Source of the DNA: Chitinophagaceae bacterium
GTDB taxonomy: Bacteria > Bacteroidota > Bacteroidia > Chitinophagales > Chitinophagaceae
Assembly (NCBI GenBank): GCA_036007525.1
Contig: DASYOS010000196.1
Span: 1 to 34,837, forward strand
Direction: 5' to 3'
Length of the DNA: 34,837 nucleotides
Made by a program: the position numbers and the translations under genes. Positions within the stretch are counted from its first letter, which is position 1, and each line of letters starts with the position of its first letter. The notes beneath the pieces are model-generated. The model was not told the origin of the DNA and made no database searches. It worked only from the letters and a program-made list of their open reading frames with translations. Below are positions 8,774 to 17,810 of the stretch, one piece after another.

Positions 8774-10264
8774 ATGTCTCCATGGATACTTTTTTCGTTT
8801 GTGATAATTTATTTTATTGTATTACTTATAGTTGCCAACCGAACTTCCCGCAATTCAAATAACGAAAGTTTTTTTATTGGTAACCGAAATTCTAACTGGA
8901 TGCTTGTTGCATTCGGTATGATTGGCACATCTTTAAGCGGGGTAACATTTGTTAGCGTGCCGGGTACGGTAGGTGCTGCAGGGTTTGCATATTTCCAGGT
9001 GGTTATCGGTTATTTTATAGGCTACTTTATAATAGCTTATGTGTTGCTGCCATTGTATTACCGCTTGAATCTTACTTCTATATATAACTATTTATTACAG
9101 CGGTTTGGTTTGGCATCTTATAAAACCGGGGCTTTATTCTTTCTTATATCACGTACATTAGGTGCTACTGCAAGGTTGTACCTGGTTATAAATGTGCTGC
9201 AAATATTTATTCTTGATCAAATGCAGGTGCCTTTTTGGCTAACAACCTTTATCATTTTGGTGATGATATTATTATACACATTTAAAGGGGGCGTAAAAAC
9301 TATTGTTTGGACAGACACTTTACAAACGACCTTTATGTTATTAGGATTGATTATTTGTGTAATATATATAATGACTAACCTCAATTTATCTTTTGGGGAA
9401 ACCATGACCTCACTAAACAATCATGGTTATACGAAGATATTTAATACAGACTTTAACAGTCCCGGGTTTTTTCTTAAACAGATTGTAGGAGGAATTTTTA
9501 TTACTGTTGCAATGACGGGACTTGACCAGGAGATGATGCAAAAAAATATTAGCGTTCGTAACCTTAAAGATTCTCAGAAGAATATGATTTCATTTAGTTT
9601 CATTGTTCTGGTGGTAAATTTCTTATTCCTGCTGTTAGGAGGCTTATTGTATTTGTATGCAGAAGGCAATGGCATCGCAATAAAAGGTGATGACCTTTTT
9701 CCAACAATTGCTTTGCAGTTTCTTCCACATTTTATCGGTATAATTTTTATTATTGGTCTCATCTCTGCATTATTCCCCAGCGCAGATGGAGCAATAACAG
9801 CACTTACCTCATCTTTTTGTATAGATATTCTTGGGCTAAAAAGAAATAAAAATACAGATGAGGCTTCTCAAATTCGTACAAGAAAAATAGTCCATCTTAC
9901 TGTGGCTTTAATATTTATGATATGTGTTATGATATTTAAAATGATTGATAATAAATCCATTATAACAGTTATTTTAAAAGTGGCAGGTTATACATATGGA
10001 CCGCTATTGGGATTATTTTCGTTTGGAATATTAACCAATAGAAAAGTAAATGAGAAGCTTGTAACTTTTGTTTGTCTGGCCGCACCGCTGATATGCTTTG
10101 CAATAGAATATTTCCATAAAGAATTATTAGGAAAGTTTCAAATCGGCATTGAGCTTTTGCTAATTAACGGCATACTAACTTTTATTGGATTGTATTTGAT
10201 ATCAAAGCCTGTTCTCATCTCTCCTGAAGTTAAGCCCATACTGTATGACGGAGCTGATCAATAA
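8774..10264 (+). CDS. Sodium:solute symporter
   Basis: About 13 hydrophobic segments, with FFIGNR, SLSGVTFVSVPG, GGVKTIVWTD and GLDQEMMQK motifs. Confidence 0.92.
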   Translation: MSPWILFSFVIIYFIVLLIVANRTSRNSNNESFFIGNRNSNWMLVAFGMIGTSLSGVTFVSVPGTVGAAGFAYFQVVIGYFIGYFIIAYVLLPLYYRLNLTSIYNYLLQRFGLASYKTGALFFLISRTLGATARLYLVINVLQIFILDQMQVPFWLTTFIILVMILLYTFKGGVKTIVWTDTLQTTFMLLGLIICVIYIMTNLNLSFGETMTSLNNHGYTKIFNTDFNSPGFFLKQIVGGIFITVAMTGLDQEMMQKNISVRNLKDSQKNMISFSFIVLVVNFLFLLLGGLLYLYAEGNGIAIKGDDLFPTIALQFLPHFIGIIFIIGLISALFPSADGAITALTSSFCIDILGLKRNKNTDEASQIRTRKIVHLTVALIFMICVMIFKMIDNKSIITVILKVAGYTYGPLLGLFSFGILTNRKVNEKLVTFVCLAAPLICFAIEYFHKELLGKFQIGIELLLINGILTFIGLYLISKPVLISPEVKPILYDGADQ

Positions 10265-10883
10265 AAAAGCTGAGGCATATGCAAAAATTTTTTCTTCGAT
10301 TGAAGATAAATTGCTTGTTGAAATTAGCACCCATACAAATAATCATCCACATGCACAAATGCTAAGCGGGCATGTGCAGGGAAAATTTTTAGAAACGATC
10401 AGCTGCTTATTACAACCAAAAAAAATCTTAGAAATAGGAACATTTACCGGGTACAGTGCATTATGCCTTGCAAAAGGCTTAACCGATGATGGAGAACTAC
10501 ATACAATAGAGTTAAGGGAAGAAGACGCCAAAACTGCGCAATCTTTTTTTAGCAAATCATTATATAATAAAAAAATAATTTTGCATACAGGCAATGCATT
10601 AGATATTATTCCCAAATTAAGAGGAACGTGGGATATAGTATTTATTGATGCGGATAAAGCAAGCTATATTGATTATTACGAATTAACTTTGCCGCAGGTA
10701 AAAAAAAATGGATTAATTATAGCTGATAATGTATTGTTTCACGGCGAAGTATTAGACGAAAGTATTAAGGGCAAAAACGCAAAAGCCATTCAGGCTTTTA
10801 ATATACATATAGCGAATGATAAGAGAGTTGAACAGGTAATGCTGACAGTTAGAGATGGTTTATTATTGATGAGGAAATTGTAA
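10245..10883 (+). CDS. Class I SAM-dependent O-methyltransferase (CCoAOMT/YrrM-like)
   Basis: ILEIGTFTGYSAL, VFIDADK, IIADNVL and VRDGL motifs. Confidence 0.92.
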   Translation: MTELINKKAEAYAKIFSSIEDKLLVEISTHTNNHPHAQMLSGHVQGKFLETISCLLQPKKILEIGTFTGYSALCLAKGLTDDGELHTIELREEDAKTAQSFFSKSLYNKKIILHTGNALDIIPKLRGTWDIVFIDADKASYIDYYELTLPQVKKNGLIIADNVLFHGEVLDESIKGKNAKAIQAFNIHIANDKRVEQVMLTVRDGLLLMRKL

Positions 10884-10893
10884 TACACTCTTT

Positions 10894-12009
10894 ATGAAAA
10901 AAATTTCTTTCTTTATTGGATTGTTTTTTTGTTGCTATGCAACTTTTTCTCAACGCGTAACAGCGGAGCAATACGTGCAAACGTATAAAGAAAATGCAAT
11001 GCGTGAAATGAAGCGCATGGGTGTGCCAGCTGCAATTACCCTTGCACAAGGCATACTGGAAACTGAAAGTGGTAACAGCGAGCTACTAAAAAAATCAAAT
11101 AATCATTTTGGTATCAAATGCAAAAGCAGCTGGACTGCAGGTGGTGTTAGTCATGATGATGATGCGCTTGGCGAATGCTTTCGCAGCTATAAAAATGCAG
11201 AAGAGTCTTATAGAGATCACTCAAATTATTTACGTGGAAATGAGCGTTATGCGTTTTTATTTAAGCTGGACCCCAGGGATTATAGAGGCTGGGCCTATGG
11301 ACTAAAAAAAGCGGGTTATGCAACCAATCCGAAATATCCTGAAATGCTGATTAAATTTATTGAAGACAATAATCTTCATCAATATACAATGATGGCTGTT
11401 AATGATGTTCCCCAATTTAATTCTGACAAATACCTTTCAGATAATGAGGAAAAAACCAAACCTGTTCTTGAAATTTTATTTGTTCCAAAACAAAAAATTT
11501 ATATAAATGGTTGTAAAGCCAGTTACGAATTAAAAGGTACATCACTACTTGCAATTGCCGGTGAAAACAATATCAATCTTAATAAATTATTAGCATACAA
11601 TGATCTTGAAAAAGACGGGTTATTACAAACAGATCAGTTTATTTTTTTAGATAAAAAATCAACAGAAGGTAATAAGGATTTTTATATTGTTCAAAAAAAC
11701 GAAACCCTTTACGATGTGGCGCAAAAAAATGGTATCCGGTTATCGAATTTGTATGAGTATAATAATTTGAGAGTAGATGAAAAGATATACGCAGGAAGCA
11801 AACTTAAATTAAGAGAATTAAAAATTCAACCTTCCCTTGTAAAAGCCCCGCCTGTTAATGCACAGATAAAAACGTATGAGGTTCAGTCCAGAGAAGGGCT
11901 TTATGCAATATCAAAAAAATATGGTGTTACGGTTGCCCAGCTAAAAGAATGGAATAACTTAACTGATGACAACTTAAAAGTAGGCCAGCAAATTATCGTT
12001 TCAAAATAA
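10894..12009 (+). CDS. GH73 glucosaminidase / peptidoglycan hydrolase with C-terminal LysM domains
   Basis: Signal peptide, ITLAQGILE, NNHFGIKC and GYATNPKY motifs, and LysM motifs (ETLYDVAQKNGI; EGLYAISKKYGVTVAQLKEWN). Confidence 0.92.
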   Translation: MKKISFFIGLFFCCYATFSQRVTAEQYVQTYKENAMREMKRMGVPAAITLAQGILETESGNSELLKKSNNHFGIKCKSSWTAGGVSHDDDALGECFRSYKNAEESYRDHSNYLRGNERYAFLFKLDPRDYRGWAYGLKKAGYATNPKYPEMLIKFIEDNNLHQYTMMAVNDVPQFNSDKYLSDNEEKTKPVLEILFVPKQKIYINGCKASYELKGTSLLAIAGENNINLNKLLAYNDLEKDGLLQTDQFIFLDKKSTEGNKDFYIVQKNETLYDVAQKNGIRLSNLYEYNNLRVDEKIYAGSKLKLRELKIQPSLVKAPPVNAQIKTYEVQSREGLYAISKKYGVTVAQLKEWNNLTDDNLKVGQQIIVSK

Positions 12010-12012
12010 CGT

Positions 12013-12546
12013 ATGGAGCTAATTACAGTACACAATAAACAATTTAAGCCTTACATTTCTGCAGATAAAATAAATGAGGAAGTAAAAAGAGTTGCTTCAG
12101 AGATCAATAGTGATTATGCCGGCAGAAAACCATTATTTATAGCCATACTCAACGGCTCTTTTATGTTTGCTTCAGATCTTTTTAAAGAGATTACTATCGA
12201 AGCAGAAATATGTTTTATAAAACTGGCTTCCTATAAGGGAATAAAATCATCAGGGCAGGTAATAACTGCAATAGGATTGGATGTTGACCTTGTTGGCAGA
12301 GAAATAATAGTAATAGAAGATATTGTTGACACCGGCAATACGCTGTCAAAATTTTTGCCGCAAATTAATCATCACCATCCCGCCTCATTAAAAATAGCAG
12401 CCCTTTTGCATAAGCCCGAAGCAATGGTACATCCCATTAAAATAGATTACCTGGGTTTTAGTGTTCCTAATAAATTTTTATTGGGTTATGGATTGGATTA
12501 TGATGGCTTAGGAAGAAATATAAAAGAGATTTATCAATTGGTGTAA
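12013..12546 (+). CDS. hpt: Hypoxanthine phosphoribosyltransferase
   Basis: ILNGSFMF, VIEDIVDTGNTL (PRPP-binding) and GYGLDYD motifs. Confidence 0.95.
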   Translation: MELITVHNKQFKPYISADKINEEVKRVASEINSDYAGRKPLFIAILNGSFMFASDLFKEITIEAEICFIKLASYKGIKSSGQVITAIGLDVDLVGREIIVIEDIVDTGNTLSKFLPQINHHHPASLKIAALLHKPEAMVHPIKIDYLGFSVPNKFLLGYGLDYDGLGRNIKEIYQLV

Positions 12547-12550
12547 TACA

Positions 12551-12622
12551 AATGTGAAACGTGAGAAGTGAAATATTAAACGTGTGACTTACTCTCACGT
12601 TTCATATCTGCCGTTTCACGAT
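12551..12622. repeat. Paired inverted heptamer arrays (AACGTGA-like x5, then TCACGTT-like x4-5)
   Basis: aatgtga aacgtga gaagtga aatatta aacgtgt … tcacgtt tcatatc tgccgtt tcacgat. Fills most of the hpt-vWA spacer. Confidence 0.8.
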
Positions 12623-12637
12623 TTAATACCTTCTTAA

Positions 12638-14449
12638 ATGAAATGTAATTTTCATATTACATGTATTAAAAAGTTATTGCGTAAGTTATTATTCGCCATT
12701 TCTTTTTTAACGCTGAGCTTTGGTTTATCTGCACAATATTATATTAGGGGGGAAGTAAAAGATGAAAAGAACCAGCCATTACAAAATGCAAAGATTTATT
12801 TACACTCCAACCGGTTACTTTATTTTAGTGGCAACCTTGGAGGTTTCGGAATTCTTACTTCAAAAATTTATGACTCATTAACTTTTAACGCTGATGGGTA
12901 TGAGCCAAAATGTATTGGTGTTAAAACCGATACTTACCAACAGGTAAATTTAAAACTGCTTCATCCAAATATAAATCTGCAAAAGCAAAGGCTAGTCTCT
13001 ATTGCAGTTAATACAGAAAATAATTACAGCCGAAACCTGATGTTTGGTAATGAATCATACAGTAACCTTGTAGAGAATAGTTTTCTAAAGGCTGATAGAT
13101 TCCCTGTTACAGAATTTTCAGTTAGAGCAGATAAAGCATCTTATACAAATATTCGCAGACTTATCAATCAAAAAAGTATTGTGCCTGAAGATGCGGTAAG
13201 GATAGAAGAAATGCTGAATTATTTTAATCTTAATTATAAGCAACCTGATAAAAATGAAACTTTCAATATTCAGTCGCAATTAACTTCCTGCCCATGGAAT
13301 TTTAATCACCAGCTTTTATTTATAAACCTAAGTGCACAAAAACTAAACCTGGAAAGCGTGCCACCGGGTAATTTTGTTTTTCTTATAGATGTATCAGGGA
13401 GTATGGATATGCCTAACCGCCTACCGCTTTTAAAAACATCTTTTCAATCACTTGTAAAAAATTTGCGGGATAAGGATACTATCTCTATTGTAACATACGG
13501 TGGATCAGTAGGTGTATGGCTGCCGCCAACCAGTGGTGGTGAAAAACAAAAAATTATCCAGGCAATAGAAAAATTAAATGCTGAAGGCGATACGCCGGGT
13601 GAAGCGGCTATACGGGCAGCCTACATGCTTGCAAGAAGCAGTTTTATAAAAGGAGGAAATAACAGGATCATCCTTGCTACTGATGGCGATTTTAACGTGG
13701 GCCAAACTACAGAAAAAGAACTGGAGGAATTGATAACAAAAGAGAGGAGGTCGGGAATTTATCTTACATGCCTGGGTGTTGGAATGGGCAATTACAAAGA
13801 TTCAAAAATCGAAGCTTTAGCTAAAACAGGAAATGGAAATTTTGCTTACATAGATGACATTAGAGAGGGAGAAAAAATTTTGGTTAAAGAACTTACACAA
13901 ACCTTATACACTGTTGCAACTGATGTATGCATAAACGTACAGTTTAATCCCGAAATGGTAAAAGAATACAGGTTGATAGGGTATGATAATAAAAAGAATG
14001 TGATAACAGATTCTGCCAGCATATTGGAAGGCGGAGAAATTGGTTCCGGCAATGGCATTACGGCTGTATTTGAGATAATACCTACAGAAGAAAATATTTA
14101 TGATGCTGACCCATCGCTGCTGGAAGATATTGCCACACTAAAATTAAATTATCGTTTGCCGAATGATACTACACAAAAAAACCTGCAATATGTTTGTCCT
14201 CCTTACTATGAAGAGTTTAGGTTTATAAGCAAAGACCTGCAATTTGCATCTGCAATAACAATGTTTGGACTAATATTACGCAATTCAAAATACACTTCAA
14301 ATGTTTCGTGGAAAGAGATGGAAAGAATAGCAAAAGCGTCAATAAATACTAATGATTATTTGCAAAGTGAATTTATTGTACTTGCTGATAAAGCAAAAAA
14401 ACTCTATCAAAAAACAGAACAGAAAAAGAAGAGGCTAACAAATTTCTAA
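12638..14449 (+). CDS. YfbK-like von Willebrand factor A domain protein with N-terminal carboxypeptidase-regulatory-like domain
   Basis: [28 protein letters not shown] motif [16 protein letters not shown] and EYRLIGYDN. Confidence 0.9.
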   Translation: MKCNFHITCIKKLLRKLLFAISFLTLSFGLSAQYYIRGEVKDEKNQPLQNAKIYLHSNRLLYFSGNLGGFGILTSKIYDSLTFNADGYEPKCIGVKTDTYQQVNLKLLHPNINLQKQRLVSIAVNTENNYSRNLMFGNESYSNLVENSFLKADRFPVTEFSVRADKASYTNIRRLINQKSIVPEDAVRIEEMLNYFNLNYKQPDKNETFNIQSQLTSCPWNFNHQLLFINLSAQKLNLESVPPGNFVFLIDVSGSMDMPNRLPLLKTSFQSLVKNLRDKDTISIVTYGGSVGVWLPPTSGGEKQKIIQAIEKLNAEGDTPGEAAIRAAYMLARSSFIKGGNNRIILATDGDFNVGQTTEKELEELITKERRSGIYLTCLGVGMGNYKDSKIEALAKTGNGNFAYIDDIREGEKILVKELTQTLYTVATDVCINVQFNPEMVKEYRLIGYDNKKNVITDSASILEGGEIGSGNGITAVFEIIPTEENIYDADPSLLEDIATLKLNYRLPNDTTQKNLQYVCPPYYEEFRFISKDLQFASAITMFGLILRNSKYTSNVSWKEMERIAKASINTNDYLQSEFIVLADKAKKLYQKTEQKKKRLTNF

Positions 14450-15600
14450 TTAAAAGTCTCCCTAATTTTCTCCCAGAAGGACTTATCATTTTTATCAGGA
14501 TGGGGCTGAAAGTTTTGGCTTCCCTGCATTTTTTCCAGGATATCTTTTTCTTCTGAGGATACATGTTGCGGCGTCCAAACATTAACATGTATCAACTGAT
14601 CTCCTTTTTCATAACTGCTTATTCCAGGGAACCCTTTCCCTTTTAATCTGAATATTTTACCGCTTTGTGTGCCGGGTGGAATTTTTATTTTAGCTCTTCC
14701 ATCTATCGTAGGCACTTCTATTTGCGTACCAAATACGGCATCAGGAAATGATATGTACAAATCATAAGCAACATTTAACCCATCTCTTTGCAAATGTTCA
14801 TGCTGTTCTTCTTGAACTAGTATTATCAGATCGCCAGGTGGCCCACCCCGCTCACCAATATTACCTTTACCGCTCATGCTTAATTGCATACCATCCTGTA
14901 CACCGGCCGGTATATCCAGCGTAACGGTTTCCTCACCGTATACTCTTCCATCGCCTTTGCATGCGGTACACTTATTCGTTATGGTATTTCCTTCGCCATT
15001 ACAGGCAGGGCAGGTGGCAACGGTTTGCATTTGACCCAGAAAAGTATTTTGAACTCTCTTTACCTGTCCGTTACCTCCACAGGTTCCGCATGTTTGTACA
15101 GCATTTTTATCTTTAGCACCCGATCCATTGCAGGTATTACAGGAAACATATTTTTTTACTTTTACGGTTTTAGTGGCCCCTTTTGCAATTTCCTCAAAAT
15201 TTAGTTTTATTTTAATTCTCAGGTTGTTGCCTCTTACACCTTTGCTTCTACCGCCTCGGCTTCTTCCTCCTCCAAAAAAATTTCCAAACACATCATCACC
15301 GAAAATATCTCCAAACTGGCTGAAGATATCTTCTGTATTCATTCCGCCAAAACCTCCGCCTCCACGTCCTGCTCCAAAAGCGCTATGCCCAAACCTGTCG
15401 TATTGAGCTCTCTTATCCTGGTCACTTAATACTTCATAAGCTTCTGCCGCTTCTTTAAATTTTTCTTCAGAAGATTTATCCCCCGGGTTTCTATCCGGGT
15501 GAAATTGCATGGCAACTTTTCTGTAAGCTTTTTTTATTTCGTCTGCCGATGCTGATTTGCCAACACCCAATATTTCGTAAAAGTCTCTTTTTGAAGCCAT
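14446..15600 (-). CDS. dnaJ: Chaperone DnaJ
   Basis: J-domain with HPD, G/F-rich region and four CxxCxGxG zinc-finger motifs. Confidence 0.98.
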   Translation of the reverse strand: MASKRDFYEILGVGKSASADEIKKAYRKVAMQFHPDRNPGDKSSEEKFKEAAEAYEVLSDQDKRAQYDRFGHSAFGAGRGGGGFGGMNTEDIFSQFGDIFGDDVFGNFFGGGRSRGGRSKGVRGNNLRIKIKLNFEEIAKGATKTVKVKKYVSCNTCNGSGAKDKNAVQTCGTCGGNGQVKRVQNTFLGQMQTVATCPACNGEGNTITNKCTACKGDGRVYGEETVTLDIPAGVQDGMQLSMSGKGNIGERGGPPGDLIILVQEEQHEHLQRDGLNVAYDLYISFPDAVFGTQIEVPTIDGRAKIKIPPGTQSGKIFRLKGKGFPGISSYEKGDQLIHVNVWTPQHVSSEEKDILEKMQGSQNFQPHPDKNDKSFWEKIRETFN

Positions 15601-15719
15601 ACCCCTAACCCCTAAAGGGGCATTTAAATTTTAATTATTTACTTTGAATTTCTACAGTATTAATTTTTTTATCTATATAATAAACTCACTCAAAAACTCC
15701 CCTTTAGGGGGGTGGGGGA
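15601..15719. repeat. Inverted pair of GC-rich REP-like hairpins bounding the grpE-dnaJ spacer
   Basis: acccctaacccctaaaggggcattt (15601-15625) matches the reverse complement of aaactcccctttaggggggtggggga (15694-15719). Each contains CCCC-N4-GGGG. Confidence 0.8.
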
Positions 15720-16313
15720 TTATTTCCCTACAATTACTTTTGCAAACCGGATAAGCTTATCATTTAAATAATATCCTTTTTCAATCTCATCAATAACTTT
15801 TCCTTTTTTGCTTTTGCCTTCAACAGGCACCTCTGCAATAGCTTCGTGTTTATGAACATCAAAATCAGTGTTAATACTTTCCATTGCCTTTAATCCCTTT
15901 GATTGCAGAGTATTTCTGAGCTTATTAAAAACAAGTTGTATGCCTTCAATTATTTGTTGCGGATTATCCTGATTGCTATCGGAATTCATTTGTTTTTCTG
16001 CCCGGTCACAATCATCCAATACTTCAAGCATAGAAATTATAACATCTTTTCCTGCGGTTTGCATTAATTCAATTCTTTCCTTAGCATTCCGTCTTTTAAA
16101 ATTGTCGAATTCAGCAAACAGCCTAACATATTTATCCTTTTGAACTTCAATTTCATTAGTAAGTTTTAATATTTCCACTTCTTTGGGGCTATTAATTTCA
16201 CCTTCTGGATTCTCAGTTTCGTTAACCTCATCATTTACGAATTCATTTAATGTGTTTTCCTCCTTATCATTAACATCTTCCATAGAATTAGCAGTATTCT
16301 TTTTTGTTTCCAT
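15720..16313 (-). CDS. grpE: Nucleotide exchange factor GrpE
   Basis: RLFAEFDNFKRR, FDVHKHEAI and KGYYLNDKLIRFAKV motifs. Lies upstream of dnaJ. Confidence 0.97.
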   Translation of the reverse strand: METKKNTANSMEDVNDKEENTLNEFVNDEVNETENPEGEINSPKEVEILKLTNEIEVQKDKYVRLFAEFDNFKRRNAKERIELMQTAGKDVIISMLEVLDDCDRAEKQMNSDSNQDNPQQIIEGIQLVFNKLRNTLQSKGLKAMESINTDFDVHKHEAIAEVPVEGKSKKGKVIDEIEKGYYLNDKLIRFAKVIVGK

Positions 16314-16377
16314 ATTTGTAATTGTAATTTTTTTTACCAGTATAAAACATGAGCCTGACGATATTTATTCTGGCCGG

Positions 16378-16431
16378 CAAAGGTAGGGGAGTCAAACATT
16401 TTGCCAATAAGAAATATTAGACAAATTGACA
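16378..16431 (-). promoter_or_regulatory. grpE-dnaJ promoter region: -7 box TACCTTTG, sigma54-like TGGCA-N6-TTGA, and a TGTCA direct repeat
   Basis: Minus strand reads TGTCAATTTGTC (16431-16420), TGGCAAAATGTTTGA (16406-16392) and TACCTTTG (16385-16378). Confidence 0.5.
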
Positions 16432-16455
16432 CAATAAGATAATAAAAATAAAAGG

Positions 16456-16803
16456 CTATTTAACTACCTGGAATTTACCCGAATCGATGATCTTACCTAA
16501 CTTGTCTCGTAACTGGTAAATATAAACACCCCGATAAAAATCTGTTAGAAGGATATTAATTTTGGGAGTAACAGTTTTTAGATCCAGCACTTTTTTGCCG
16601 ATAAAATTAAATATCTGAAGAGATGAGGATTTATCATAATCTTTTTGAAATTCGAAATTGATTACGCTAACTGCAGGGTTTGGATAAAACCGCATAGTTT
16701 TCATGGCAGGGCTTGTAGAACCTGCTATTATTGGTTTATTCTGAGCGAAGCTGCCCGAAATAAATAAAACAGTAAAAATGAATATGTAAAAAATTTTCTT
16801 CAA
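16456..16803 (-). CDS. Small protein made of a signal peptide and a T9SS type A sorting domain only
   Basis: TTG start and …SFA-Q signal. FYPNPA…IFNFIGKKV…GVYIYQL…GKFQVVK. Confidence 0.85.
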   Translation of the reverse strand: MKKIFYIFIFTVLFISGSFAQNKPIIAGSTSPAMKTMRFYPNPAVSVINFEFQKDYDKSSSLQIFNFIGKKVLDLKTVTPKINILLTDFYRGVYIYQLRDKLGKIIDSGKFQVVK

Positions 16804-16911
16804 TACTTAAAATTACATTTTTTTATTAAAATATGATCAACTTTAACCTTAAAACGATCTTATTCTGAATCTTTGACAGTATAAAATTCCTTTTGTTTAA
16901 CTAAGCGGGAA

Positions 16912-17382
16912 TTAATTGTATTTCGATAAAATTTTATGAATTACATCAAAATCAGGTATATCAGAAGCGTTTTCAAGTACTTCAGCATAACGTACCAAGC
17001 CTGCTTTATCAATTACAAAAGCGCTTCGCTTACTTACTCCCTGCATGTTGAACCCAAAAATGGTATATAATGAGCCATAAGCTGCTGAAACCTCTTTATT
17101 AAAATCACTTAATAGCGAAAAATTGAGACGTTGCTCATCTTTATATTTTGCCAAAGCATAAACTGAATCAACAGAAATACCAAGTACTTCGGCATTGCTG
17201 TTATTATAATAACTGATGTTGTCTCTTACCCCGCACAATTCTTTTGTACAGGTTCCCGTAAATGCCAAAGGGAAAAACAGCAGCAAAACGTTTTTACCTT
17301 TATAATCGCTAAGAGAAACTTTGTTTTTTTCTGAATTGTATAAGCTAAACTCAGGCGCTATTGATCCTGTTTCAATTTTCAT
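16912..17382 (-). CDS. Peroxiredoxin (AhpC/TSA family, AhpE/BCP-like)
   Basis: APEFSL, FFPLAFTGTCTKELC, GISVDS, LLSDFN and RSAFVID motifs. Confidence 0.92.
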   Translation of the reverse strand: MKIETGSIAPEFSLYNSEKNKVSLSDYKGKNVLLLFFPLAFTGTCTKELCGVRDNISYYNNSNAEVLGISVDSVYALAKYKDEQRLNFSLLSDFNKEVSAAYGSLYTIFGFNMQGVSKRSAFVIDKAGLVRYAEVLENASDIPDFDVIHKILSKYN

Positions 17383-17424
17383 TTTTTATAAATTTCAGGT
17401 GAAGATAAAACGTTAGCAGAATGA

Positions 17425-17586
17425 TTACCAAATCTCGTAGGCCAGCGCTTCTTTGATCTTTTTGGATCGTTTCTTTTTTTTACTGAATAAAACAAATGCT
17501 GTTGCAACCACAGCTGTAACAGTTAATATTTGTAATGCTAAAAAATTTGTATCGGTCTTTTTTTGAAAATTTATTTCACTGCTCAT
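17425..17586 (-). CDS. Small (53 aa) single-pass membrane protein, absent from the ORF track
   Basis: MSSEINFQKKTDTNFLALQILTVTAVVATAFVLFSKKKKRSKKIKEALAYEIW*: one clean hydrophobic helix followed by a basic stretch, co-oriented with its neighbours. Confidence 0.6.
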   Translation of the reverse strand: MSSEINFQKKTDTNFLALQILTVTAVVATAFVLFSKKKKRSKKIKEALAYEIW

Positions 17587-17810
17587 GGTAAATAATTAAA
17601 ACTTGGTGAATCTTTTTTTATAACAGTATTAAACAAAGAATATAAAAATCATGCCACATGAAAAGTTAAATTAATGTATTAGCTTTATGGTTTCAACACA
17701 TAAAAAATAAAGAAATTGAAACTCCGGAAGAAATTTAAAAAGCTTTCAACTATTTTAGTAATGATATTAACGTATCGGCAGTAAAAATGTAGCTACAGGC
17801 GTATGCACAT

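Noticed and set aside
14446-14449. Overlapping stop codons of the convergent vWA and dnaJ genes
   Set aside because: Common in compact AT-rich genomes, with no further signal here.
16314-16455. CIRCE element upstream of grpE-dnaJ
   Set aside because: No TTAGCACTC-N9-GAGTGCTAA match is seen.
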